Positions 9,060 to 18,123 are shown, counted from the stretch's first letter. The stretch is DNA of 23,101 nt from a bacterium (GCA_029555085.1 JAKPTO010000032.1:1-23101), one strand, 5' to 3'. Numbers and translations: made by a program. Notes: generated by a model not told the origin, from the letters alone.

Positions 9060-10006
9060 ATAATAGATTAGCAATTATTATACCTTGTTATAATGAGGAA
9101 GAATGTTTATCAAAAACAGCAAAAGAGATACGGAGCGTTTTATTGAATTTAATACAAAAATCAAAAATATCAGAAGATAGTTTTATTTACTTTGTTAATG
9201 ATGGAAGTAGGGATAAAACATGGGATATTATTTCAAAATTACATGATGAAGATCCCAAAATTTTTAAAGGTTTGAAATTTTCCAGAAATTTTGGTCACCA
9301 AAATGCAATACTCGCCGGATTATTTTATACAAAAGAAAGGGCTGATTTTTTTGTCACAATTGATGCAGATTTGCAAGACGATACGAATGTAATCGAGAAA
9401 TTTTTAGATGCTTATTATAATGATGGAGCTGAGATTGTTTATGGAGTAAGAAAAAAAAGAGAAACAGATACATTTTTTAAAAAAATTACAGCAGAAATTT
9501 TTTATAAATTGATGCTTGTTATGGGAGTAAATATTGTTTATAATCATGCTGATTATAGATTTGCAACGAAAAAAGCAATAGAAAACCTATTTTTATTTAA
9601 TGAAGTTAATTTATTTTTAAGAGGAATTTTTCCACTAATTGGTTTTAAAACGCAACAGGTTTTTTATGATAGAAAAGAAAGAGAATTCGGAAAGTCAAAA
9701 TATTCACTCAAAAAAATGATTAATTTTGCATGGGATGGAATTACATCTTTTAGTATAGCTCCATTAAGATTTTTTGTTTTTATAAGTTTTTTTATTTTGA
9801 TATTGTCTATAATTTTAGGAATTTATTTTTTGATAAGGCATTTCACTGGTCATACAATTACAGGATGGACCTCTCTTACAGTTTTGATATTATTTTTGGG
9901 GTCATTGCAATCTCTTGGAATTGGAATTTTAGGAGAATATATTGGAAAAATTTATAAAGAAACAAAGCAAAGACCAAGATTTATAAAAGATATTGAAATA
10001 TTTTAA
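9056..10006 (+). CDS. GT2 polyprenyl-phosphate glycosyltransferase (GtrB/YkoT-like)
   Basis: IIPCYNEE, VNDGSRD, SRNFGHQ, IDADLQD, two C-terminal TM helices and GEYIGKIY.E.K.RP. Confidence 0.93.
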   Translation: MNNRLAIIIPCYNEEECLSKTAKEIRSVLLNLIQKSKISEDSFIYFVNDGSRDKTWDIISKLHDEDPKIFKGLKFSRNFGHQNAILAGLFYTKERADFFVTIDADLQDDTNVIEKFLDAYYNDGAEIVYGVRKKRETDTFFKKITAEIFYKLMLVMGVNIVYNHADYRFATKKAIENLFLFNEVNLFLRGIFPLIGFKTQQVFYDRKEREFGKSKYSLKKMINFAWDGITSFSIAPLRFFVFISFFILILSIILGIYFLIRHFTGHTITGWTSLTVLILFLGSLQSLGIGILGEYIGKIYKETKQRPRFIKDIEIF

Positions 10007-10024
10007 ATAATAAGCAATGAAATT

Positions 10025-11011
10025 ATGCATAATAATGTTTTAAAAACTTTTGAAAATACCCACAAACAGTTTGAGCAAGTTTTTGAAGAGTTTAATATTT
10101 CAAATTTGAAAAGTAAATTAGGAACAGTAGATAAAATTCTTGTTTGTGGAATGGGGGGTTCAGCGCTTGGGCCACACTTTGTAAGAAGTGTGTATGCTGA
10201 TAAAATTAATACTCCAATTATAATTTCGAATGAATATAATTTGCCAAAATGGGTGGATAAAAAAACTTTAATTGTGGTTTCAAGTTTTTCTGGCACAACA
10301 GAGGAATCAATTAATTGTTTCAACGAAGCCAAAAAGAGAAAATTTAAAACATATATAATTTGTACTGGCGGGAATTTATCAAAAGAGGATTCATTGAAAT
10401 TTGTTTATAATCCAAAATATAATTATGCTCAAAATCCAAGATTTGCCATCGGATATTCAATAGCAAGTTTTATTGTTTTATTGAATAAATTAGGATTTTT
10501 AAAAGTTAATAAAAAAGACATATTAAAACAAATTAAAATATTTTCAAAGGGAACGCTACAATCACGGAAAGTTACAAAGAAGATTGTAGGCAAAATTCCA
10601 ATAATTATCGCATCGGAACATTTAGTAGGAAATGCACATATTTTTCAAAATCAAATCAATGAAACAGGAAAGAATTTTGCCTCATATTTTGCAATTCCCG
10701 AAATTTGCCATCATCAATTTGAGGGACTCACATTTCCAAAAAATTTAGACAAAAATATAATCTATATTTTGTTAAATTCAAATTTATATTTTAAAAGAAA
10801 TCAGAAAAGATACGAAATAATGAAACAGGTTTTAAATAAAAAGAAAATTAAATTCGTAGAAATTAAAGCTACTGGTAAAAATGTTTTTGAAGAATCAATG
10901 TATGTTTTGGGAGTTTCTTCCTATGCATCACTTTATTTAGCAAACTCAAATAAAATTGATCCACAACCAAATCCATGGGTTGATTATTTGAAGAAAAGAA
11001 TTAATGAATAG
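10025..11011 (+). CDS. Bifunctional phosphoglucose/phosphomannose isomerase (SIS domain)
   Basis: CGMGGS, SFSGTTEE, PR, Q.NE.GK and PE..H motifs of the PGI/PMI family. Confidence 0.88.
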   Translation: MHNNVLKTFENTHKQFEQVFEEFNISNLKSKLGTVDKILVCGMGGSALGPHFVRSVYADKINTPIIISNEYNLPKWVDKKTLIVVSSFSGTTEESINCFNEAKKRKFKTYIICTGGNLSKEDSLKFVYNPKYNYAQNPRFAIGYSIASFIVLLNKLGFLKVNKKDILKQIKIFSKGTLQSRKVTKKIVGKIPIIIASEHLVGNAHIFQNQINETGKNFASYFAIPEICHHQFEGLTFPKNLDKNIIYILLNSNLYFKRNQKRYEIMKQVLNKKKIKFVEIKATGKNVFEESMYVLGVSSYASLYLANSNKIDPQPNPWVDYLKKRINE

Positions 11012-11017
11012 TTTTTT

Positions 11018-12361
11018 ATGGAAAATTTAAAAAATAGAATTTTTCATTTTTTATTAATTTTTATAAGTTTTTTGTATATAATATTGTTTATTTATTTACC
11101 AAAAATAAACCTAATAAAGGATATTAATTTTTCCACGAATAATTATTATGCTTTGTATAAACGCTCTGAAATATTTTCTCAAACAATAATTATTTTGTTT
11201 GTTATTTTTATTTTATATTGTTTGTTTTTTTATGGTATAAAAAATAATTTTTTTGAAATTAAATTTAAAAGATTATTTTTGTTCTCTGTGATTGTAAGTT
11301 TCTTTTCTATAATAGTTTTTCCCATTTTTTCATCTGATATATTTTATTATATTTGTAGTGATAGAGTTTTTGCTATTCATCATTTAAGCCCATTTACAAA
11401 TACATATGCATCGTTATCGGGGGATTATTTTCAAGATATTTTTCATGGCTATAGTTGGGAAACACATTTGAATAACTACGGGCCGATATTTATATTATTG
11501 TCATCAATTCCAGTTTTGCTTTTTTCAAAAAATTTATTTTTGTCTATTGTATTGTGGAAATTTATTTGTATAATAATTAATATTATAAATGGTTATTTGG
11601 TTTATAAAATTACTAAAAGCGAAAAGATTTATTTTTTATATGCATTTAATCCACTTTTGATTTTTGAGTTATGTTTAAATGCGCATAATGAAGTTTTAAT
11701 GATATTTTTTATACTACTTGCATTTTTTTATATTTTTAAAAAACCATGTATAAAGAATTATTTACTATCAATGGTTTTTTTAGTTTTATCTATATTAACA
11801 AAAATATTTAGTTTAGTTTTTTTACCAATATTTTTTTTATTAATGTTTTTAGGATTAAAATCAAAAAAGCAGAGGTTTCAATTTTTAATTTTTTCTACTA
11901 TTTTGTTGCTTATAATTATTATTCTTTCATATTGGCCATTTCATACAAATATTAAAGATATTATTAGTCCAATAATATTTCAATCTAGCTTTACAAGTTC
12001 AATTTTTGTGTCCCCACTTATTCAACTTATATGGTACGGTATTTACTTTTTTTCTGGAAAAGATTTTTTTCATATTGCATCATTTGTAAGCAGATTTGTG
12101 TTTTTAATTTCCTATGTTGGTATTTTATTTTGGGCGCTATTTAAGAAAAATAAACATTTTTCAAAACTTATTCTTATATCTTCTACAATAATATTTACAA
12201 TTTTTATTTTAACATTTTTTTCATGGCTGATGCCATGGTATTTTACCACCATAATTTGTCTAAATTTTTTATCTTATTTTTTTTCAAATAAGAAAGTGTA
12301 TTTAATGATGAATTTTTTCTTTACTTTGTATGGGATTTGTTTTTATTTTGTTTTAAGGTAA
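11018..12361 (+). CDS. GT-C glycosyltransferase, MptB/GT87-like polyprenol-phosphomannose-dependent
   Basis: FSSDIFYY, YGP, FNPL...AHNE, conserved K and PWY motifs in a polytopic membrane protein. Confidence 0.78.
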   Translation: MENLKNRIFHFLLIFISFLYIILFIYLPKINLIKDINFSTNNYYALYKRSEIFSQTIIILFVIFILYCLFFYGIKNNFFEIKFKRLFLFSVIVSFFSIIVFPIFSSDIFYYICSDRVFAIHHLSPFTNTYASLSGDYFQDIFHGYSWETHLNNYGPIFILLSSIPVLLFSKNLFLSIVLWKFICIIINIINGYLVYKITKSEKIYFLYAFNPLLIFELCLNAHNEVLMIFFILLAFFYIFKKPCIKNYLLSMVFLVLSILTKIFSLVFLPIFFLLMFLGLKSKKQRFQFLIFSTILLLIIIILSYWPFHTNIKDIISPIIFQSSFTSSIFVSPLIQLIWYGIYFFSGKDFFHIASFVSRFVFLISYVGILFWALFKKNKHFSKLILISSTIIFTIFILTFFSWLMPWYFTTIICLNFLSYFFSNKKVYLMMNFFFTLYGICFYFVLR

Positions 12362-12474
12362 TCTTTGGAAGATAAGTACTTATATTTAGGTTAATTTTTA
12401 TAAGTTTTGATATACAATATTTTTTTATTTACTAAAAATAATGTGATCTAAAAATGTTTATTTTTTAAACAAGA

Positions 12475-14301
12475 ATGAGATTAAAATTTTTACAAATTTT
12501 TAAAATTTTCTGCCTAATTTGTTTCGCATCTATTGTTTTAACATTTATTGGTTGTGATGTTTTTTTTATACATAAAAAAGAGATGATTTCTAGTGTCCCG
12601 ATCCATGAATATATTTTAAAAATTGTAACAAGTTTGATTCTGGGAATTTTACCAATATTTTTTCTTATATATATTAAGCAAATAAATAAAAATAAATATT
12701 TTTGGTATTTTATTTTTTTATTTTTTTGTTTATATTATTTATTTTTATTTCTCCTTCTGTCTTACTTTATTGTAACAGAGAATTTTTTTGATTTAGATTT
12801 TTTTGTTGACAATATTCATGAAGCATTTTTTACCATTTCACACTTTTTTGATGGTTTTAGTATAATCTTTATTTTGGTATTTTGTTTGATTTTTATATCA
12901 ACATTTTTTATTTCTGTAAATATTTTTAAATTGCAATCATATTTTGCTAAAAAGATTATTAAAATTATAATAATTATTTCTTCTATAATTTTGATAGTTT
13001 CAGTTTTTATACAATTTTATTTAGGATATGAAAAAGGATTGTTTCTAAATTTTATAAATACATTTTTCATACATAATGATCGGGTGTATCAACAGTATAA
13101 TAATGATTATGATTCTTTAGTTGATAGATATTTTAGCTTTGATATAAACAATTTTCAAATTGATAATGAAAAAGATTTGCCAGACATATACTTCATACAC
13201 TTGGAAAGTGTAAGTGGTTATTTAAAAGATAAGTCAATTATTCCGAATTTTGATAATTATTCAAAGCAATATGGAATTAATTTCGATAATTTTTATAGTA
13301 ATTCTATGCAAACATTGTTAGCTCAGGAATCTATTTTGTGCGCACTTCCGCCATCTATGAATGGTTATTTTAAATATAAATTTAATCCAGAAAATTTAAT
13401 TTGTATTCCTGAAATTTTATCTAATGCCGGATACAAAACTTTATTTTTTAAAAGTCACAATTTAGAATTTTCAGGAACTGGGAAATTTATGTCTCAAATA
13501 GGGTTTAGTGAGGTGCATAATAATGATATTATAAAACCCAAAGACATACAGTATAAGTGGGGGATTAGAGAAGATGTTTTTTATAATAGAGTTTATGAAT
13601 ATTTAGATAGATATAAAAATCAGAGAAAATTTGTTTATATCGCAGTTTCTACCACGAATCATTATCCATTTGAGCTTCATGATAAATTTCAAGATTTGCC
13701 AATAGATAGTCCAAAAAATATCTCAGAGAGAATACAAAATACCGTACATGTACAAGATAAATATTTACAAACTATTATAGAATATTTAAAAAATGATAAT
13801 AGAGAGAAATATGTTTTTTTATTTAGCGATCATGCTTGGCCACTTAATTATCATAATAGTAATTTTTTAAATCAAAGCAATGGATATAAAGAAAATTTTT
13901 ATATTCCATTTGCATTTTTATATTTCGGAAAAGAGAATACAAATTTTAAAATAGGACAGAGAGTTTCTGGTCTCTATAATGAAATTGATTTTTTGAAAAC
14001 CGTATTAGATTTATTAAATATTAAAACAAGCAATAATTATTTAGGAAACTCTTTTTATTGCGAATTATTAAAAGATTCAAAAAATTGTAATATTGATAAT
14101 TGTTCAATATCTATCCAGCCATATTCTGATAAGTATATAACATTTTTTTATGAAAATAATCATTATATTTACAATATAAAGAAAAAAAGAGCTTATTATT
14201 TCGATCTTTTAAATGATGAGTATGAAAATAATCAAAAAAATATAACGCAATTAGAATTTTTTAATCACTATAATAAGTGTAAAAACTTAATCGGATATTG
14301 A
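12475..14301 (+). CDS. LTA synthase/sulfatase-superfamily membrane phosphotransferase
   Basis: About five N-terminal TM helices, then an extracellular domain with HLES, a putative catalytic Thr (MQT), NHYPF and SDH metal-ligand motifs. Confidence 0.82.
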   Translation: MRLKFLQIFKIFCLICFASIVLTFIGCDVFFIHKKEMISSVPIHEYILKIVTSLILGILPIFFLIYIKQINKNKYFWYFIFLFFCLYYLFLFLLLSYFIVTENFFDLDFFVDNIHEAFFTISHFFDGFSIIFILVFCLIFISTFFISVNIFKLQSYFAKKIIKIIIIISSIILIVSVFIQFYLGYEKGLFLNFINTFFIHNDRVYQQYNNDYDSLVDRYFSFDINNFQIDNEKDLPDIYFIHLESVSGYLKDKSIIPNFDNYSKQYGINFDNFYSNSMQTLLAQESILCALPPSMNGYFKYKFNPENLICIPEILSNAGYKTLFFKSHNLEFSGTGKFMSQIGFSEVHNNDIIKPKDIQYKWGIREDVFYNRVYEYLDRYKNQRKFVYIAVSTTNHYPFELHDKFQDLPIDSPKNISERIQNTVHVQDKYLQTIIEYLKNDNREKYVFLFSDHAWPLNYHNSNFLNQSNGYKENFYIPFAFLYFGKENTNFKIGQRVSGLYNEIDFLKTVLDLLNIKTSNNYLGNSFYCELLKDSKNCNIDNCSISIQPYSDKYITFFYENNHYIYNIKKKRAYYFDLLNDEYENNQKNITQLEFFNHYNKCKNLIGY

Positions 14302-14326
14302 AAAATTTTTAAATAAGTTATATACT
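14298..14326 (+). promoter_or_regulatory. Putative sigma70 promoter of the DPM1-like gene
   Basis: TTGAAA (14298-14303), 17 bp, TATACT (14321-14326). Confidence 0.6.
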
Positions 14327-14347
14327 AGAAAAATAGCATATATTTTT

Positions 14348-15046
14348 ATGATTTACGTAGTAATTCCAACATACAATGAAAAGGAGAATATTTGCGATCT
14401 TGTTAAAAAGATATTTCGTTTGAATATAGAAAATTTAAAAATTTTAGTCATAGATGATAATTCCCCAGACGGAACCTACGAAGCATTACTAGAAATTAAA
14501 GACGATTTTCCGCTAGAAATTATAAAAAGACCCGGGAAGATGGGTTTGGGCAGCGCCTATATAGAGGGTTTTAAATATGCACTTTCACAGGGAGCTGAAA
14601 TGATAGTAGAGATGGATGCAGATTTTTCTCATAATCCGAATAAGATTCCAGAATTAGTTCAGTGCATAAAAGATGGAAATGATTTATGTATAGGTTCTAG
14701 ATGTGTAGAAGGTGGATGTACGATAGGTTGGAATGCGAAGAGAAAAATATTTTCTAGATCAGCGCAAATGTTTTCAAGATTAATGTTAGGATTAAAAACA
14801 AAAGATGTGACAGGTGGATTTAGGTGTTATCATAAAAAAATTTTTGATAAAGTTGATTTAAATAAAATTAAAAGCACAGGATATTCATTTCAAGAAGAAA
14901 TACTTTATTATATAGAAAAAGCAGGATTTAAAATAAAAGAAATTCCAATTTCATTTATTGATAGAAAAAGAGGAAAGTCAAAACTGCATTTTAAAGAAAT
15001 AACAGATTTATTAAAGAATGTAATAAGATTAAGATTCAAGAGATAA
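14348..15046 (+). CDS. Polyprenol-monophosphomannose synthase (DPM1/Ppm1-like GT2)
   Basis: VIPTYNE, IDDNSPDGT, GLGSAY..GF, EMDADFSH, D.TGGFR, GYSFQ.E and F.DR..G.SK motifs. Confidence 0.92.
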   Translation: MIYVVIPTYNEKENICDLVKKIFRLNIENLKILVIDDNSPDGTYEALLEIKDDFPLEIIKRPGKMGLGSAYIEGFKYALSQGAEMIVEMDADFSHNPNKIPELVQCIKDGNDLCIGSRCVEGGCTIGWNAKRKIFSRSAQMFSRLMLGLKTKDVTGGFRCYHKKIFDKVDLNKIKSTGYSFQEEILYYIEKAGFKIKEIPISFIDRKRGKSKLHFKEITDLLKNVIRLRFKR

Positions 15047-15070
15047 TTTATAAATGTAGAAGTATGGTAT

Positions 15071-15092
15071 ATCGTCGTAAGGCGATTTTTTT
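15071..15092 (+). terminator. Intrinsic terminator after the DPM1-like gene
   Basis: ATCGTC-GTAA-GGCGAT hairpin (GNRA loop, one G-U pair) followed by a T run. Confidence 0.65.
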
Positions 15093-15106
15093 GTACACAT
15101 TTTTGT

Positions 15107-15160
15107 TTGACATAAATATTTTTTTGTGGTAATATATTATGCTAAATACAAACATGGAGG
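15107..15160 (+). promoter_or_regulatory. Strong sigma70 promoter and Shine-Dalgarno sequence
   Basis: TTGACA (15107-15112), 17 bp, TGn-TAATAT (15130-15135); GGAGG at 15156-15160, 5 nt before the ATG at 15166. Confidence 0.75.
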
Positions 15161-15165
15161 AAAAA

Positions 15166-15597
15166 ATGAAAAACATATTTATAGTATTTACACTAAGCCT
15201 TATTACTTTAGCGGTGATGATGATTACCAGCGGATGTTACATAAGAGCTGGTTTTTATGACCAGGGTCTTATTGACTCTACTGGAAAATCGGTTTTTAAC
15301 GGACCTATTGATGTAGTTTTTCCCAATACAGGAGATACCCCAATTTTTATGAATCTGACGGGGGGCGGATTTAGCGTAAATAGAATGATTTGTCCCGGAG
15401 AAGCTATTCCGCATATGTTGGGAGCCGGGAAGTACAAGCTCTCTATTGAAAAAGATGGGGAAGTCTATACTGGCGAGGTTATCCTATGGGATAAGGGTGA
15501 CTTTATAATTTTTGGAAAGAAGGTAGATGATTTTATTTACCTGGATAAAAAATGGGAGGAGTGGAGGAACGCTCCCCCTAAAAGATACAGACTTTAA
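15166..15597 (+). CDS. Hypothetical exported protein, probable lipoprotein with a beta-rich (PEGA-like) domain
   Basis: Signal peptide ending in lipobox-like TSG-C and a GKYKLSIEKDG segment. It has its own promoter, SD and terminator. Start reassigned from 15139 to 15166. Confidence 0.6.
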   Translation: MKNIFIVFTLSLITLAVMMITSGCYIRAGFYDQGLIDSTGKSVFNGPIDVVFPNTGDTPIFMNLTGGGFSVNRMICPGEAIPHMLGAGKYKLSIEKDGEVYTGEVILWDKGDFIIFGKKVDDFIYLDKKWEEWRNAPPKRYRL

Positions 15598-15599
15598 AA

Positions 15600-15632
15600 A
15601 AAGAGGGTTGTTGATAATCAACAACCCTCTTT
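15600..15632. terminator. Bidirectional terminator between convergent units
   Basis: Perfect inverted repeat AAAGAGGGTTGTTGAT-A-ATCAACAACCCTCTTT between the stops at 15597 (+) and 15644 (-). Confidence 0.85.
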
Positions 15633-15643
15633 AAAATTTATTT

Positions 15644-16060
15644 TTACCAGTAGTAACCATTAGTGAGAATATTTCCCAAAATAAGCTTCATTACAATAGC
15701 TGTTATGATATAAGAAAGTAGAACTATTAAGATTCCTATTATGGCGCTCTTTATCATGGCTTTGGATTTTTTTATTATTTCATCATTTCCGCCACTAGTC
15801 ATCCATTTAAATCCAGCAATAATTATTAATATCAAAAATATGAATCCAAGAAATCCAAGGAACATTTTTATGTATTTTATTACCAATGCTTCAGTTAGTA
15901 GCGAGGTAGAGGTAGATTTAATGCCAGCCGTTTCGGCAAATAAATCCATATTATAGCCCGCATCACCATTTGGACTATAAGCGCTTTGAGCATTGATTTT
16001 TAATAAAGGCAGTAGAACGCAATTTAAAATTATTATAAACAATATTTTTTTTATTTTCAT
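15644..16060 (-). CDS. VirB2/TrbC-like (T4SS-pilin-like) protein, copy 8
   Basis: Signal peptide (INA-QS), then TM - GFKWMTSGGNDE..KKSK.MIKSAIIG - TM core. Confidence 0.85.
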   Translation of the reverse strand: MKIKKILFIIILNCVLLPLLKINAQSAYSPNGDAGYNMDLFAETAGIKSTSTSLLTEALVIKYIKMFLGFLGFIFLILIIIAGFKWMTSGGNDEIIKKSKAMIKSAIIGILIVLLSYIITAIVMKLILGNILTNGYYW

Positions 16061-16518
16061 GGTCTTTGATTTAGTACATTAAATACAAATGTTGATATTG
16101 TAAAAGATAATAGAACAATAGCCAGTCCTATAATAGAGTTTTTTAATTTTGCTTTTGCTTTATTAATTGTATCTTCGTTGCCGCCAGCAGTCATCCATTG
16201 AAATCCGGATATAATTGTTAAAATTAAAAAAATTATGCCGAGTAAACTAAGTATGGATTTTATAATAATTGCTATTGTGTCTATTATTGTGTAATCATGC
16301 GCTTGTGGGTAACCAGCTTCATCACCAACTTTTTGTAATTTTCCAATAATCATATTTTTGCTAGAAGAAGCATTGGTACTATTATTACTATCTTCTTCCG
16401 CAGGTTCTTCAGTGCCGGAACCTCCACCTGGGTCGTTCGCTTCTGTGGCAAAAGAAATATTTGAAAATATAATAAATATTATAATTATTGACAATATTGG
16501 AATTAAAAATTTTTTCAT
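16057..16518 (-). CDS. VirB2/TrbC-like pilin, copy 7, acidic/Ser-rich N-terminus
   Basis: Signal peptide (SFA-TE) and GFQWMTAGGNEDTINKAK core. Start moved to MKKFLIP at 16518. Confidence 0.85.
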   Translation of the reverse strand: MKKFLIPILSIIIIFIIFSNISFATEANDPGGGSGTEEPAEEDSNNSTNASSSKNMIIGKLQKVGDEAGYPQAHDYTIIDTIAIIIKSILSLLGIIFLILTIISGFQWMTAGGNEDTINKAKAKLKNSIIGLAIVLLSFTISTFVFNVLNQRP

Positions 16519-16684
16519 ATTTTTATTATACACTTTAATTAAATTTAGTTTTATCCATTAACCACAATGTTATAAACATTGTTAGAGCATATGCCATCAG
16601 AACTATTGCAAGTCCGTATGTAGCATTTTTCAATCTCGCTTTTGCTTTATTAATTGTATCTTCGTTGCCGCCAGCAGTCATCCA
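16151..16684. repeat. 47-bp exact direct repeat shared by pilin copies 7 and 6
   Basis: GCTTTTGCTTTATTAATTGTATCTTCGTTGCCGCCAGCAGTCATCCA at 16151-16197 and 16638-16684. Confidence 0.95.
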
Positions 16685-16993
16685 CTGTAAACCAGAAACT
16701 ATGATAAGGATAAGAAATAATATTCCCACAATAGATAAAACTGTTTTTATTATTTTTCCTATTATTTCCTCAATTTCCATATTATCTTTATAACCAACCT
16801 CTGGATTTGTGGCTACATTGTTTAGATTATTTTCAGCATTAGATATCCCAGGTTGAATATCTGCTTGGGTAAGTTGAATTGTCTGCGCTGTGGGGTTTTC
16901 TAATAATGCCGACGCATGGTTTGTTACTACCAAGAAAAACATTATCAAAATGAACGCATATTGTAGTTTTTTTATTATGGAGTAATTTTTCAT
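16535..16993 (-). CDS. VirB2/TrbC-like pilin, copy 6
   Basis: Signal peptide (ASA-LL) and GLQWMTAGGNEDTINKAK core between two TM helices. Confidence 0.85.
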   Translation of the reverse strand: MKNYSIIKKLQYAFILIMFFLVVTNHASALLENPTAQTIQLTQADIQPGISNAENNLNNVATNPEVGYKDNMEIEEIIGKIIKTVLSIVGILFLILIIVSGLQWMTAGGNEDTINKAKARLKNATYGLAIVLMAYALTMFITLWLMDKTKFN

Positions 16994-17067
16994 TATATTT
17001 TTAAATAATAATTATAAATATATTATATTGTTTATTATTTTTCAGATATGTAAATTGAGTTAAGATA

Positions 17068-17559
17068 TTAGACATTGAGAGATGTACGGAAGGATAGGAT
17101 AAATTGTGTTATAACATAGGCGCATAGAATTATCGCAAGTCCTATAACCGCATTTTTTATTGCTTCTTTTGATTTTTTGACTTTTTCTTCATCGCCTCCA
17201 GCAGTCATCCACTGAAAGCCATTAAATATAATAAGAATAAATATTATTACCCCCAAAAAGGCCAAAACTGCAGATATAATTCCGATGATTATTTGGAGTA
17301 TTCCAGTTTTTGATTTATTGTACTGTAATTCGCCAGCTGTTACATCTAAATCATTTGTTATCATATTAAATGTTTGCTCAACACCAGCACTGTTACTGTC
17401 TATATCATCGCTACTTGTAGCACTATCCGATGTACTTTCCTCAGCATTGCTTGTGGTATCACCTTCAGCTTTTATATTGCTTATAAAACAAAAATTTAGA
17501 AATATAATAAATATTAATAGTGGTAGAATTATGTTTTTTTTGTTTTTAAGTAACGACAT
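17068..17559 (-). CDS. VirB2/TrbC-like pilin, copy 5, Ser/Thr/Asp-rich N-terminus
   Basis: Signal peptide (IKA-EG) and GFQWMTAGGDEEKVKKSK core. Confidence 0.85.
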   Translation of the reverse strand: MSLLKNKKNIILPLLIFIIFLNFCFISNIKAEGDTTSNAEESTSDSATSSDDIDSNSAGVEQTFNMITNDLDVTAGELQYNKSKTGILQIIIGIISAVLAFLGVIIFILIIFNGFQWMTAGGDEEKVKKSKEAIKNAVIGLAIILCAYVITQFILSFRTSLNV

Positions 17560-18043
17560 CTTTTATTATTGTAAATAGATTGGATGTTATAACATAAGCA
17601 GCAAGTATTATTATAAGTCCCAAAACAGAGTTTTTTATTTTTGCTTTTGCCTGGGTTATGGTTTCTTCATTACCGCCAGCTGTTATCCATTGATATCCAG
17701 CAATAATTATATTAACAAAAACTAAAATACCAACTATACCTAATGCATATCCAACTATTGTCGTGGCCATGTCTTTTGGAGTTTTTTGTGTTTTAAGACC
17801 AGCTATATCTGCTGTCCGAGCTAATCCACTTTTAGTAGCCGATCCTGCTGGACAACATTGATTGGTTACACTAGAGTTATCACGACATTCTCCAGATATA
17901 CAACCCAATGTTCCGCAGTTATTTCCACACTCTATACAAGAATATCCAGGGTGTTTGTTTGAACAAGTGTTTTCTGCAATAGCATAATTAAAAGAAAGTA
18001 TAAGTGTTAATGTTAGTACAAAAAATAAAAGTATTTTTTTCAT
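17546..18043 (-). CDS. VirB2/TrbC-like pilin, copy 4, 8-Cys N-terminal domain
   Basis: Signal peptide (AIA-EN), eight Cys ending in CC, and GYQWITAGGNEETITQAK core. Confidence 0.85.
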   Translation of the reverse strand: MKKILLFFVLTLTLILSFNYAIAENTCSNKHPGYSCIECGNNCGTLGCISGECRDNSSVTNQCCPAGSATKSGLARTADIAGLKTQKTPKDMATTIVGYALGIVGILVFVNIIIAGYQWITAGGNEETITQAKAKIKNSVLGLIIILAAYVITSNLFTIIKDVVT

Positions 18044-18123
18044 GTAGTTATTTTAAAAACATATATATAATTTTAAACTGAAAAATTATATATCAAATTT
18101 TTAATATTCTTTAAAATATATTT

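Noticed and set aside
722-12361. Poly-A/poly-T runs of 8-9 nt in glycosylation genes as phase-variation switches
   Set aside because: Such runs are expected at this AT content, all frames are intact, and no long G/C tracts or simple-sequence repeats are seen.
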